A model generated the notes under the pieces. That model had not been told where the DNA came from and did not search any database. It saw only the letters and a list, made by a program, of their open reading frames with translations. From Hydrurus foetidus (taxonomy: Eukaryota), in assembly GCA_900617105.1 (NCBI GenBank), contig UYFQ01000001.1, positions 3,348,001 to 3,412,000 of the forward strand: a stretch of DNA of 64,000 nt, in the 5' to 3' direction. The position numbers and the translations under genes were made by a program. Shown here piece after piece: positions 41,526 through 53,008 of the stretch (positions within the stretch are counted from its first letter, which is position 1; the number at the start of each line of letters is the position of its first letter).

Positions 41526-41882
41526 ATGACCGCTGCCAAACAATTCGCTTCCGTCAAACTGCCTGAATCGTTGGTGCAACAAGCCAGGCAAGCCGCCCAG
41601 CCCCTGCGGCGCTCTGCCGCTGGGCAAATCGAATACTGGGCCACGCTGGGCCGCGTGGTCGAGCATTCCGGGTTGACCGTGCAAGAGGCTCGCCTTGCGA
41701 TTGAAAACTATGAAGCTGCAGCCGACAAAGCCGGGCAAGCTTATGCTACCCCGGACAATAATTCGCAAGCCAACGAATTGATAGCCCAGTTTATGGCGAT
41801 TGAAGCCGACGGTAGCCTGGCTCAACGTGTGAGAGAGGTAGTGGCTGAAAATCGCAGCAAAGCCCTCAGATTTGCTGCCTGA
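41526..41882 (+). CDS. ParD-like ribbon-helix-helix antitoxin
   Basis: SVKLPESLV..AR..A...RRSAAGQIEYWATLGR; AAGGAG RBS. Confidence 0.8.
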   Translation: MTAAKQFASVKLPESLVQQARQAAQPLRRSAAGQIEYWATLGRVVEHSGLTVQEARLAIENYEAAADKAGQAYATPDNNSQANELIAQFMAIEADGSLAQRVREVVAENRSKALRFAA

Positions 41883-41883
41883 T

Positions 41884-42528
41884 ATGGTGCAACCAGCACC
41901 AGACTTTTCATCCCCTCCACCCTTAAAAGCTAAACAGCCGGTTTTTTATCTGCTCGCTGGCCCCAACGGAGCTGGCAAGTCCACGCTGTACAAAGCGTTG
42001 GTTTTGAACAAGACTATTGCAGCTAATGCAGAGTTTGTTAACGCTGACTTGTACGAAGCTGCGAAATTGCAGAATATCGATGATCCGCTGGCAAGGTCAG
42101 AACAAGCAAGGCACTGGGCCGACGCGCGGAGAGCGGAACTGCTTAAAGCAGGGCAGTCATTTGCCAGTGAAACCGTTTTTTCGCACCAGTCAAAACTGAA
42201 CCTGATTGAAGAGGCGCAGAAACTCGGTTTTTTCGTCATGCTGCTGGTTGTGTGTCTCGATGATCCGCATCGGCTGCTGGCTCGGGTTGCTGGACGGGTC
42301 ACCGAGGGCGGCCACGCTGTGCCGCCTGAGCGCATTTTGGCGCGCTATCCGCGAACGCTCGCAAATCTTGCGAAAGCCGTGCGGTTGGCCGACTTGGCGA
42401 TTTTGTATGACTCGGAGGTGGTGGTGTTGGGTACACACAGGATTGTGGCTGTCTGCATGCATGAATGGACCGAAGAAAAGGTAAGTCCATTACCTGGTTG
42501 GGCGAAAAGGGTTTTGATTTTTACTTAG
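41884..42528 (+). CDS. P-loop kinase/ATPase, zeta-toxin-like
   Basis: LAGPNGAGKST, FVNAD, SETVFSH, RV..GGHAVP.ERI..RYPR. Confidence 0.82.
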   Translation: MVQPAPDFSSPPPLKAKQPVFYLLAGPNGAGKSTLYKALVLNKTIAANAEFVNADLYEAAKLQNIDDPLARSEQARHWADARRAELLKAGQSFASETVFSHQSKLNLIEEAQKLGFFVMLLVVCLDDPHRLLARVAGRVTEGGHAVPPERILARYPRTLANLAKAVRLADLAILYDSEVVVLGTHRIVAVCMHEWTEEKVSPLPGWAKRVLIFT

Positions 42529-42546
42529 CAACAAACACTTTCGCAA

Positions 42547-42816
42547 CTAATCTTTCCAAAAACTCCACTTGAGTTTGTCAACATCCCGGCCGCCCTCGGC
42601 GTAGTAAATGACCATCCGAATAACGTACAGATAGTTTTTGCTGGTCTTGTGGCTGTCTTGCTGGTTGGCAATGGCCAGTGCGTCAAAAATCGCCTCAGCG
42701 CGCTTCGCTACGAAATCTTCAACGCATTGCATGCCAATGCGCGCAAAGTCTTTGGCAAAGGTTTTGCCGATTCCGGGGATGACGGTGACAGGTGTTTTTG
42801 ACATCTCGCTGATCAT
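42547..42816 (-). CDS. Small helix-hairpin-helix protein (Cdd1/TfoX-C-like)
   Basis: IPGIGKTFAKDF..IG HhH motif; LYVIR..IYYAE...LKWSFWKD. Confidence 0.75.
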   Translation of the reverse strand: MISEMSKTPVTVIPGIGKTFAKDFARIGMQCVEDFVAKRAEAIFDALAIANQQDSHKTSKNYLYVIRMVIYYAEGGRDVDKLKWSFWKD

Positions 42817-42859
42817 TAGCTGCGCACTATGCCCGCACTAGCTCCACACTAAGCACGCA
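42816..42859 (-). repeat. Four degenerate 11-bp tandem units at the pepP stop
   Basis: Minus strand TGCGTGCTTAG TGTGGAGCTAG TGCGGGCATAG TGCGCAGCTAA. Confidence 0.6.
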
Positions 42860-44237
42860 TCAACGCCTCAATCTCATCCGCCGTCACAGGCACGCCACGC
42901 GTCATCAACTCGCAGCCTTTCTCAGTCACCAGCGCATCATCTTCAATCCGAATGCCAATGTTCCAGAACTCTTTGGGCACGCCTTTGGCGGGGCGCACGT
43001 AGATGCCGGGCTCAATGGTCAGCACCATGCCTGCGCGCAAAATGCGGGGTGGTTTTTTCATGACCATTTCGCCCAGCGGGTCGCGCTCCTGGCGCGGTTT
43101 GCTGCCGGGCTCGGTGTAGTCGCCGCAGTCGTGCACGTCCATGCCCATCCAGTGGCCGGTGCGGTGCATGTAAAACTGGCGATAAGCGCCGCTTGCCAGC
43201 ACGTCGTCAACATTGCCGTGCTTCTTTTTATCCAGCAGGCCCACGTCCAGCATGCCTTGGGCGAGCACGCGGGTAGCCGCATCGTGCGGGTCGGTAAAGC
43301 GTTTGCCGGGCTTGGTGACTTTGATGGCTGCCTCTTGGGCGGCTAAAACGATGTCGTACAGCGTGCGCTGGGCGGGTGTAAATTTGCCGTTGGCCGGGAA
43401 GGTGCGGGTGATGTCGCTGGCGTAGCCGTCAAGCTCGCAGCCAGCGTCTATCAAACACAAGTCGCCTGCTTTCAGCTCGGCTGTATCGGCGCGGTAGTGC
43501 AGCACGCAGGCATTTGCGCCAGCCGCCACGATGCTGGTGTACGCCGGGTACTGAGAGCCATGGCGACGAAATTCGTGCAGCAGCTCGGCTTCTAAATGGT
43601 ATTCACGCAAGCCACCTTTGACGGGTTGGCGCAGCATGGCAGCGCTGGTTTGCATGGCCCGTACATGCGCACCCGCCGAGATGGCTCCCGCTCTGCGCAA
43701 AATTGCAACTTCATGCGAGTCTTTGATCAAGCGCATTTCATCGAGTACCTTGCACAAGTCGTGCTGGCTTTGCGGGCACTCGGCGCCGTAGCGAATGCGC
43801 GCCCGCACTTTGCCCAGCCAGCCGTCAACTTGTGTCTCTAACCCAGCGTGCGTGGCAAACGGAAACCATACGGCTTGCTGGTTGCTCAGCAGCAAAGGCA
43901 TTTTTGCGTCAAGTTCTTCCACGCTGAAAGCGTCGTCAACACCCAGCGCGCCAATCGCGGCTTTAGGGCCCAAGCGAATGCCGTCCCATATTTCACGCTC
44001 CAGATCTTTCGGGCGGCAGAACAGCGTGGTTTTACCGGTTGAATCAATCGTTAACCAGCTACCCGGCTCAGTGAATCCGGTCAGGTAGTAAAAGTAGCTG
44101 TCGTGCCGGTACGGGAAGTCGCTGTCGCGGTTGCGCTGCTGCTCGGGTGCGGTGGGCAAAAGTGCAATGCCTGCACCGGCTGCTTTAAGCGCTTTGGCAA
44201 GAAGCGCGCGGCGTTTTTGGTAAACAGTTGTGGTCAT
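42849..44237 (-). CDS. pepP: Xaa-Pro aminopeptidase
   Basis: DSYFYYLTGF, LIDAGCELDGYASDITRT, HRTGHWMGMDVHD, TIEPGIY, GIRIEDD; start taken at ATG 44237. Confidence 0.95.
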   Translation of the reverse strand: MTTTVYQKRRALLAKALKAAGAGIALLPTAPEQQRNRDSDFPYRHDSYFYYLTGFTEPGSWLTIDSTGKTTLFCRPKDLEREIWDGIRLGPKAAIGALGVDDAFSVEELDAKMPLLLSNQQAVWFPFATHAGLETQVDGWLGKVRARIRYGAECPQSQHDLCKVLDEMRLIKDSHEVAILRRAGAISAGAHVRAMQTSAAMLRQPVKGGLREYHLEAELLHEFRRHGSQYPAYTSIVAAGANACVLHYRADTAELKAGDLCLIDAGCELDGYASDITRTFPANGKFTPAQRTLYDIVLAAQEAAIKVTKPGKRFTDPHDAATRVLAQGMLDVGLLDKKKHGNVDDVLASGAYRQFYMHRTGHWMGMDVHDCGDYTEPGSKPRQERDPLGEMVMKKPPRILRAGMVLTIEPGIYVRPAKGVPKEFWNIGIRIEDDALVTEKGCELMTRGVPVTADEIEALMRA

Positions 44238-44242
44238 AAAGT

Positions 44243-44989
44243 TCAGTTTAAGTTCAATTGGGCTAAACGTTCGGGCGTGCCGACATCTGCCCATGGGCCT
44301 GGGTACAGTTCTGCGCTGACTTGGCTGTTGTCCATCGCTGCCCGCAACAGCGGCGCCAAAGCTGCTTTTATCCCTTGCGGGTTGCCAAACGGCAAATCGT
44401 CAAAAAACGCTTTGCGGTACAGCGCGATGGTGCTGAAGGTGTAGCGAGACTGCTGGCTAGCAGCTGGCAAATTCAGGGCCAGGCCGTCTGCGCTGATGCC
44501 GAAGTCGCCCAACTGGTTGTGCGGCGGGTTCGCCACCAGCCACAAGTGCGCCATCTTGCTGCTGCTTTGAAAGCGTTCAACTGCCGCCTGGGTAAATTCA
44601 AAACCCGGCGTATACACATCACCCGCCAAAACCCAAAACACATCACCCAGCATCGGCAATGCCCGCGCAATGCCGCCTGCAGTTTCCAGCGCACCGCCAA
44701 AGTCAACGCCTTCATGTGAGTATGAAATCAATAGCTGCTCAAGCCCGTTTTTATTAGGCTGCAGATCGATTTGATGCTCAAAACGGACTAAAAAATGAGG
44801 TTCAAACTGCTCACTGAGCCAAGCTGTATTGATCACCAAATTGGTAAAACCGCCGATGGCCAGCGCCTGAACATGCCAATCGATCAACGCTTTGCCGCGC
44901 ACTTTTAAAAGCGGTTTTGGGCAGGTGTCGGTCAGGGGGCGCATGCGCTCTCCGCGTCCGGCGGCCAGAATCAGGGCGGGGGTCTTCAT
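44243..44989 (-). CDS. murU: N-acetylmuramate alpha-1-phosphate uridylyltransferase (nucleotidyltransferase)
   Basis: ILAAGRGERMRPLTDTCPKPLL, LETAGGI, WADVGTPERL; start taken at ATG 44989. Confidence 0.88.
   Translation of the reverse strand: MKTPALILAAGRGERMRPLTDTCPKPLLKVRGKALIDWHVQALAIGGFTNLVINTAWLSEQFEPHFLVRFEHQIDLQPNKNGLEQLLISYSHEGVDFGGALETAGGIARALPMLGDVFWVLAGDVYTPGFEFTQAAVERFQSSSKMAHLWLVANPPHNQLGDFGISADGLALNLPAASQQSRYTFSTIALYRKAFFDDLPFGNPQGIKAALAPLLRAAMDNSQVSAELYPGPWADVGTPERLAQLNLN
44718..44783 (+). repeat. Family A copy 6, inside murU coding sequence
   Basis: TAGCTGCTCAAGCCCGTTTTTATTAGGCTG at 44732-44761. Confidence 0.75.
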
Positions 44990-45008
44990 TGTGAGCCTGA
45001 TTATGTCT

Positions 45009-45076
45009 GTTTTTAAGAGGCTAATTAACACCTGGCCCAATTGATTCGGGCGCGAACAGCTCCTGAATAAATAGCG
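45009..45076 (-). repeat. Family A copy 7 (murU-tkt divergent region)
   Basis: GGCCCAATTGATTCGGGCGCGAACAGCTCCTGAATAAATAGC; closely similar to the copy at 52872. Confidence 0.8.
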
Positions 45077-45158
45077 AATCAGTAACCCACCGCCCGCGAA
45101 AACGCATCCCGTAAAATCTAAGATTGCTTCAATATTTTTCTCAATGGATCCGACGTAT

Positions 45159-47219
45159 ATGACCGCACTGGCCGACACCAATCCCACCCTGATGGCCAAC
45201 GCCATTCGCGCGCTCGCCATGGACGCCGTGCAAGCCGCCAATTCCGGCCACCCCGGCGCGCCCATGGGCATGGCCGACATGGCCGTCGCGTTGTGGGGCA
45301 ACCATTTAAAGCACAGCCCACACAACCCGCACTGGTTTGACCGCGACCGCTTTGTTTTGAGCAACGGCCACGGCTCCCTGATTTTGTACGCGCTGCTGAA
45401 TTTGACGGGCTACGCGCTGCCGATGAAGGAGCTTAAAAACTTTCGCCAGCTGCACAGCAAAACCCCCGGCCACCCTGAAGTAGACGTGACGCCCGGTGTT
45501 GAAACCACCACCGGCCCCCTAGGCCAAGGCCTGACCAACGCCGTCGGCATGGCGCTGGCTGAAAAGCTGCTGGCCAAGGAATTCAACCGCGAAGGTCACA
45601 CCGTGGTTGACCACCACACCTATGTCTTCATGGGCGACGGTTGCCTGATGGAAGGCATCAGCCACGAAGCCGCCGCACTCGCTGGCGCATGGCGCTTGGG
45701 CAAGCTGGTGGCACTGTATGACGACAACGGCATCAGCATTGACGGGTATGTTGCGCCCTGGTTCATTGACAACACGCCGCTGCGCTTTGCTTCCTACGGC
45801 TGGAACGTGATTGGCCCGATTGACGGACACGACGCGGCCGCTGTATCTACCGCCATCGCCGCCGCCAAAATCAACGCTGACAACAAACCCACGCTGATCG
45901 TTTGCAAAACCCACATCGGCAAAGGCAGCCCGAACCGCGCCAACACCGCCAAGGCGCACGGCGAGCCATTGGGCGCGGAAGAAATCAAGCTCTCCCGCGA
46001 AGCGATGGGCTGGGCGCACGGGCCGTTTGAAATACCCGACGACGTGCGCCACGCATGGGACGCCAAAGCCAAAGGCCTAGTGGCTGAGGCCGCGTGGGAC
46101 GCGAAATTTGCCGCGTATAAAACCGCGTACCCGGCGCTGGCCATGGAGTTGTCGCGCCGCATGAAGGGCGACTTGCCCAAGCAGTTTGACCAACTCGCAG
46201 TTGACACCATTCTGGGTGCGCACAGCAAGGCTGAAACCGTCGCGTCGCGCAAAGCCTCGCAACTCGCGCTTGAGTCGTTCACCGCTGGCCTGCCAGAAAT
46301 GCTGGGCGGTTCGGCTGACCTGACGGGTTCTAACCTGACCAACACCAAGTCAACGCCCAACCTGCGCTTTGACATGAACGGTGAAGTCGTGTTGACCCCA
46401 AACGCAGACGGCGTAAGCGCCGGTGGCCGCCACATCAACTACGGCGTGCGCGAATTCGGCATGGCCGCCATCATGAACGGCGTGGCGCTGCATGGCGGCT
46501 ACATTCCCTACGGCGGCACGTTCTTGACCTTCAGCGACTACTCACGCAACGCCATCCGCATGGCCGCGCTGATGAAGCTGCGCGTGATTCACGTCTTCAC
46601 CCACGACAGCATTGGCCTCGGCGAAGACGGCCCCACCCACCAGTCGATTGAGCATGCCGCCAGCTTGCGGTTGATTCCGAATCTGGATGTTTGGCGTCCA
46701 GGCGACACGGCTGAAACGGCGGTGGCTTGGGCAGTCGCGTTGCAAAACAAGACCAAGCCAACCGCGCTGCTGCTCAGCCGTCAAAACCTTCCGTATGCCC
46801 CCAAAGACGACTTGGGGCTGATCAGCAAAGGCGCGTATGTGCTGTCTGAACCGACTGAAGTCGGTCTGAACAAAAAAGCCCAGGCTGTGATCATCGCCAC
46901 TGGCTCTGAAGTGCAACTGGCGCTCAAGGCACAAGAGCTGCTTGCTACTTTTAAAATAGCAGTACGCGTGGTATCCATGCCCAGCAACACGACATTCGAC
47001 AAGCAAAAATTAGCCTACAAAACCGAGGTGCTGCCAGAAGGCATTCCCCGCATCGCGGTTGAAATGGGCGTGACCGACGGCTGGTGGAAATACGGCTGCG
47101 CAGCAGTCGTCGGCATCGACACCTACGGCGAATCAGCGCCCGCGCCTGTGTTGTTCAAGCATTTTGGGTTTACACCTGAGAATGTGGCGGATACGGTGCG
47201 CAAGGTGCTCAAGAAGTAG
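45159..47219 (+). CDS. tkt: Transketolase
   Basis: [43 protein letters not shown]; exact start uncertain (45144, 45159 or 45192). Confidence 0.97.
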   Translation: MTALADTNPTLMANAIRALAMDAVQAANSGHPGAPMGMADMAVALWGNHLKHSPHNPHWFDRDRFVLSNGHGSLILYALLNLTGYALPMKELKNFRQLHSKTPGHPEVDVTPGVETTTGPLGQGLTNAVGMALAEKLLAKEFNREGHTVVDHHTYVFMGDGCLMEGISHEAAALAGAWRLGKLVALYDDNGISIDGYVAPWFIDNTPLRFASYGWNVIGPIDGHDAAAVSTAIAAAKINADNKPTLIVCKTHIGKGSPNRANTAKAHGEPLGAEEIKLSREAMGWAHGPFEIPDDVRHAWDAKAKGLVAEAAWDAKFAAYKTAYPALAMELSRRMKGDLPKQFDQLAVDTILGAHSKAETVASRKASQLALESFTAGLPEMLGGSADLTGSNLTNTKSTPNLRFDMNGEVVLTPNADGVSAGGRHINYGVREFGMAAIMNGVALHGGYIPYGGTFLTFSDYSRNAIRMAALMKLRVIHVFTHDSIGLGEDGPTHQSIEHAASLRLIPNLDVWRPGDTAETAVAWAVALQNKTKPTALLLSRQNLPYAPKDDLGLISKGAYVLSEPTEVGLNKKAQAVIIATGSEVQLALKAQELLATFKIAVRVVSMPSNTTFDKQKLAYKTEVLPEGIPRIAVEMGVTDGWWKYGCAAVVGIDTYGESAPAPVLFKHFGFTPENVADTVRKVLKK

Positions 47220-47236
47220 CAACGTCGCTGGTGAAA

Positions 47237-47473
47237 ATGAACCCGCGCGTTTGCTTAGTCACACCTATGCCCTGTCTACTGCTCGCACTGAAGTTCGTTG
47301 ACGGACGCCGCGCGACATTTGATGTTTCGCCATTTGTGCATTTCCCAGTCTTTGAGCGACTCAAAGACCCGGCTTATTTCAACCGAGCCAAAGTCGACCA
47401 CGGCACAGTGGCTTGGCCTGGTGGTATCGATTTTGATCCAGACACGCTGTATTTGGATTCGCGTAGTGTTTAA
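47237..47473 (+). CDS. DUF2442-like small protein
   Basis: L.F.DG....FD, F..LKDP.YF, GTVAWPGGIDFDPDTLY. Confidence 0.78.
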   Translation: MNPRVCLVTPMPCLLLALKFVDGRRATFDVSPFVHFPVFERLKDPAYFNRAKVDHGTVAWPGGIDFDPDTLYLDSRSV

Positions 47474-47492
47474 TTTTTCTCGATAGCAAACT

Positions 47493-49081
<1,589 letters not shown>

Positions 49082-49106
49082 ACACACGGCAAGTGAAAAA
49101 CTGCTG

Positions 49107-49130
49107 AAAAGCGCCTTCGGGCGCTTTTTT
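49107..49130 (+). terminator. Rho-independent terminator after gap
   Basis: AAAAGCGCC-TTCG-GGCGCTTTTTT. Confidence 0.9.
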
Positions 49131-49241
49131 AACGTCTTTTATCTATTCATTAAGTAGACATTTTTGCTAGATTTACCAGTGATTCGGTTTAAATTTATCT
49201 ATTCAGTTTATCATTCATATTTTTATTCATAACTTCATCCT

Positions 49242-50558
49242 GTGGCCAACCCGTCCCAATCCGTTCAGCTGATAGTGCAGGCCCTGCGCACACGCGGCGG
49301 GGTAGCTACCAGCCTTCAGCTGCAAACGCTGCTGGGCTTGAGCCAGCCAACGGTTTCGCGCGCGCTGGCGCCGCTGCTGGCGTCTGGTGAAGTACGCAGC
49401 TTGGGGGCCGCCCGTTCAAGGCGGTATCTGTTGCCGCGCGCTGTTGACGGCGTTGGCAGCGACGTACCCATCATGCGTATAGACGAACGCGGTGTGGTCA
49501 CACCATTTAGCCGTATGTTTCCCCTTCCGGGCGGCCGATTTTGGGTAGACGAGGCCGACGGCGTGAGCCAGCTGCATGACGGCCTGCCCTGGTTTTTAAA
49601 TGACATGCGGCCCCAAGGCTTTATGGGCCGCACATTTGCCGCCGCCCACCCCGAGCTGCAACTGGCCGCCGACCCGCGCCGCTGGAACGACGACGATGCC
49701 CTCAAAGCCATGGTCATGTTTGGCGACGACCTGCCCGGAAATCTGGTCGTGGGGGAGCAGGCTTTTGAGCGCTACAACGGCCTGGCGCAACGCGCATCGC
49801 GAGTTGACTCGTGGCAAGCCTTTCCCGCGCTTGCTGACGCCGCTATGCAGGGCGGCTTGCCCGGCTCATCTGCCGGCGGCGAGCAGCCCAAGTTTTGCAC
49901 CGTCCACAGCGGCCGCCATGTGCTGGTCAAGTTTTCACCTGCCAGCGACTCAGCCGTCAGCCAGCGTATGCGTGACCTGCTGGTATGCGAGCACCTGGCG
50001 CTGCAGACTTTGGCTCAAGCCGGGCGCCCGGCTGCAACAACGCAAATAGTTGTGGCGGCAGGCCGCGTTTTTCTGGAGTCAGAGCGCTTTGACCGCACCC
50101 CCCAAGGGCGCATCGCCATGGTGTCGCTGGAAGTCTATGACTCTGAATACGTCGGCAAGGCCGACAACTGGGCCGCTACCGCCAACCGCATGGCCGAATG
50201 CCGCCTGCTGACCTCCTTTGATGCCGCACAACTTCGTTTTCTGGAAGCCTTCGGCCTGCTGATCGCCAACACCGACAGGCACTACGGCAATATTTCGCTG
50301 CTGCTCAAGGACGATGACTGGTATCTGTCACCCACCTACGACATGCTGCCCATGCTGTACGCCCCCATCAATGGCGAGCTGGTTGAAAGGCAGTTCTCGG
50401 ATCGCCCGCTTTACCCCACAGCAGCCACGCTGGCAGAGTGGCCAGCGGCCAAAGAATTGGCCGCCGTGTTCTGGCGCGCCGCTGCCGCGCATGAATTGAT
50501 TTCTGACGACTTCAAAGCAATCGCAGCAAAAAATCTGCAGAGTTTGCGCGTGCTTTAG
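49242..50558 (+). CDS. yjjJ: HipA-family kinase toxin, YjjJ-like
   Basis: N-terminal HTH LGLSQPTVSRAL, LPWFL.DMRPQGFMGR, GSSAGGEQPKF, NTDRHYGN, LSPTYDMLP; GTG start. Confidence 0.9.
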   Translation: MANPSQSVQLIVQALRTRGGVATSLQLQTLLGLSQPTVSRALAPLLASGEVRSLGAARSRRYLLPRAVDGVGSDVPIMRIDERGVVTPFSRMFPLPGGRFWVDEADGVSQLHDGLPWFLNDMRPQGFMGRTFAAAHPELQLAADPRRWNDDDALKAMVMFGDDLPGNLVVGEQAFERYNGLAQRASRVDSWQAFPALADAAMQGGLPGSSAGGEQPKFCTVHSGRHVLVKFSPASDSAVSQRMRDLLVCEHLALQTLAQAGRPAATTQIVVAAGRVFLESERFDRTPQGRIAMVSLEVYDSEYVGKADNWAATANRMAECRLLTSFDAAQLRFLEAFGLLIANTDRHYGNISLLLKDDDWYLSPTYDMLPMLYAPINGELVERQFSDRPLYPTAATLAEWPAAKELAAVFWRAAAAHELISDDFKAIAAKNLQSLRVL

Positions 50559-50572
50559 CAGGACATCTCGCG

Positions 50573-50633
50573 TGACAACGAATGGGGCTGCGCGAGCAAG
50601 TGCCTGGAGATGGTTCGGGTAGTGTTCAAGTCA
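50573..50633 (+). repeat. Degenerate duplicate of the last 61 bp of gap
   Basis: 50/61 identity by hand alignment to 49021-49081. Confidence 0.9.
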
Positions 50634-50661
50634 TCTGTGCTGTTTTATTGCCTGAATCAAT

Positions 50662-51879
50662 CTACCGCTGGCGATCAGGGCGCATCACTGCGAACATCCC
50701 CAGCGCCACCAACGCTACGGCGGCAGCCAATAGAAAAGCACTCGCCGGGTTCAACAACCACAACGCACCCGCAATCAGCGATGCAGGCAAATACACCACC
50801 CCTGTCACCAAGTTGTACAGGCCCATGGCTGACGCGCGCCGGTCGGCTTCCATGTCCGCGATAAAGGCCTTGTTTTGCGCTTCATCAATTGCGTAAAAAA
50901 CGCCGCACAGCACAAACAACACCAGCACTTGCCACTTGGCGTTGGCAAAGGCAAAGCCGAGGCTCATGACTGCGTAGGTGGCGTATCCCAGCATGATCAT
51001 GCGCGGCCTGCCGACGCTGTCGCTCATTTTGCCAATCAGCGGCGCGGCAACCACGCAGGCAATGTTGAACAGTGCGTACAGCAGGACAGTGTCAGTGACT
51101 GAAAAGCCCACGCTGTGCGCCCGCAGCAGCAAGAAGCCAAAGCTGAAATACGCCAATGAAAACACGCCTGCCGTCATCAGATAGCGTTTGAAACCGGGGC
51201 TGAGCAGTTTGATGGTTGCAAAGAGTTTTTCGCGCGAGCGTTTAGGCGCGGGTCGATCTTTGATCAACGCCAGCGCCACCACGGCCAGTACGGCTGGCAT
51301 CAACGCCACCCAAAACAAAACGCGGTAGGTGGCCTCGCCATCGCCCAGCCAGCACAGCAAGCCGTAGGCTATCAGCGGCCCCAGCACCGCTCCCGATTTG
51401 TCCAGCGCCTTGTGCACGCCAAAAGCAAATCCCCGATTGTCCTTGTCTGCCACGCTGGCCAGCCACGCATCACGCGGCGGGCCGCGAAAGCCCTTGCCCA
51501 GCCGCTCAATGACCCTAAAAATCGTCAGCCCCGTGATGCTGCTGCTGATCAGCAAAATCACCTTGGCCAGTGTTGAAAAGCCGTAGCCCGCCAGCGCAAA
51601 AGTCTTGCGCTTGCCGCTGCGGTCAGACAACCAGCCCGCGTAATAGTTGAGCGACGAGGCTGACAAGTCTGCCAGCCCCTCTACCAAACCCAACAACGCA
51701 GCAGACGCGCCAGCCACGGTGGTGAAAAATATCGCAAACACCGAAAAAATCATCTCCGAACTAAGGTCGGTTAAAAAACTAACCAGCCCGAGCTTGATGA
51801 CATCCGGGTGCACGCCCAGTCGCCCGCTCAATGGCTTGCCAAGGGCAGGTTGGTGTTGGTTGGTGTGGTCCTCTAACAT
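50662..51879 (-). CDS. MFS transporter
   Basis: LVSFLTDLSSEM, GWLSDRSGKRK motif A, GKGFRGPPRDA; start uncertain. Confidence 0.88.
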   Translation of the reverse strand: MLEDHTNQHQPALGKPLSGRLGVHPDVIKLGLVSFLTDLSSEMIFSVFAIFFTTVAGASAALLGLVEGLADLSASSLNYYAGWLSDRSGKRKTFALAGYGFSTLAKVILLISSSITGLTIFRVIERLGKGFRGPPRDAWLASVADKDNRGFAFGVHKALDKSGAVLGPLIAYGLLCWLGDGEATYRVLFWVALMPAVLAVVALALIKDRPAPKRSREKLFATIKLLSPGFKRYLMTAGVFSLAYFSFGFLLLRAHSVGFSVTDTVLLYALFNIACVVAAPLIGKMSDSVGRPRMIMLGYATYAVMSLGFAFANAKWQVLVLFVLCGVFYAIDEAQNKAFIADMEADRRASAMGLYNLVTGVVYLPASLIAGALWLLNPASAFLLAAAVALVALGMFAVMRPDRQR

Positions 51880-51987
51880 GATGCTGCACAGCTTAGGCGC
51901 TAAGGCGCGCGGGGTCCTCACCATGAGCAGCGCCTCGATGTAGTCCAACGCGCTGTTCGGCACAGCTTCAGGTAAACGATGAGTGGA

Positions 51988-52569
51988 TTAAACCAATCTA
52001 TCCATCAAGGCAGCTTTAACGCGTGGCCACTCGTCAATAAGAATCGAGAAGTAAACCATGTCGCGCGCGCGGCCTGTCGTGGTGTACAGATGCTGCCTGA
52101 ACGTGCCTTCTTGAACCGCGCCAATCCGCGCCAGCGCTTTGCGAGATTGCTGATTTTGCAACTCGGTTTTAAACACCACGCGCCTGATGCCCAGGCTTTC
52201 AAACGCGTGGCCAAGCAGCAGCAACTTCGCCTCGGTGTTGGCTCGGCTGCGCTGATGCGTTGGCGTCAACCAGGTCGCGCTAATCTCGAGGCGAAAGTGC
52301 GCCAGCGCGATGTCCATGTAGCGCGTGCTGCCAATGATTTGATCTGTCTGCGTGTCGACAACTACAAACGGCAAACCGCTGCCGCTTTGCTGGTCGGCTA
52401 AAGCAGTTTGCACGTAGTTGCGCATGTCGCCCTCAGTCGCTATCAGTGCAGGCTGCAAGCGCCACAGCTCGGGGTGCAGGCCAGCGCGCGCGAGGGCGGC
52501 GACGTGTTCTAGGTGCAACGGCTCCAGCCTGATGTGCTGCCCGCTCAAAGTCATAGGTTGCAGATTCAT
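51988..52569 (-). CDS. RimJ/RimL-type GNAT acetyltransferase
   Basis: IRLEPL, EISATWL, NTEAKLLLL.HAFE, GAVQEG, SIL..EWP. Confidence 0.88.
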   Translation of the reverse strand: MNLQPMTLSGQHIRLEPLHLEHVAALARAGLHPELWRLQPALIATEGDMRNYVQTALADQQSGSGLPFVVVDTQTDQIIGSTRYMDIALAHFRLEISATWLTPTHQRSRANTEAKLLLLGHAFESLGIRRVVFKTELQNQQSRKALARIGAVQEGTFRQHLYTTTGRARDMVYFSILIDEWPRVKAALMDRLV

Positions 52570-52611
52570 TCGGAAATTATCAAGCCACAATTAGGAGCCA
52601 CAGGCTACCTC

Positions 52612-52857
52612 ATGCATTTCCAACTCAAACTCGAACCGCAAAGCCCCGGCATCTGCCGCGTGCTGACTGCTGCCGGCCTGCACGCGGGCAACCTGAAGCT
52701 CATAGGCGGTGTGTGGAAGTTCAAAGCAATTGGCTACGATGCGGCAGGCCAAGTCGTCCCCGGGGGTGGGCCGCTGACCGAAAAGCACAACACACTTTTT
52801 GCGGTTTTAGATGCAGAGAAAATCAACGTGGCGTTAGGCCAAGACGCTAATAAATAA
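52612..52857 (+). CDS. Hypothetical protein
   Basis: AGGAG upstream; coding-like ORF GNLKLIGGVWKFKAIGYD...PGGGPLT. Confidence 0.65.
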   Translation: MHFQLKLEPQSPGICRVLTAAGLHAGNLKLIGGVWKFKAIGYDAAGQVVPGGGPLTEKHNTLFAVLDAEKINVALGQDANK

Positions 52858-52871
52858 GGCATTTTCAGGCG

Positions 52872-52938
52872 TTTTTAAGAGGCAAATCAACGCGTAGCCG
52901 AATAAATACGGGCGCGAGCAGCTATAAAATAAATAGCG
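52872..52938 (-). repeat. Family A copy 8
   Basis: TAGCCGAATAAATACGGGCGCGAGCAGCTATAAAATAAATAGC. Confidence 0.85.
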
Positions 52939-53008
52939 TAAAGGCTTTGTTGCGATTTAGATTTTGGGCGTCATGTCGGTCACGCAACCCAAAAAATCAG
53001 CCAAGGCG

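Noticed and set aside
44990..45364. 125-aa N-terminal extension of murU in the ORF track (similarly hsdR from 29160 and ccmE from 35826)
   Set aside because: Upstream in-frame readthrough overlapping neighbouring genes; family-typical starts lie downstream
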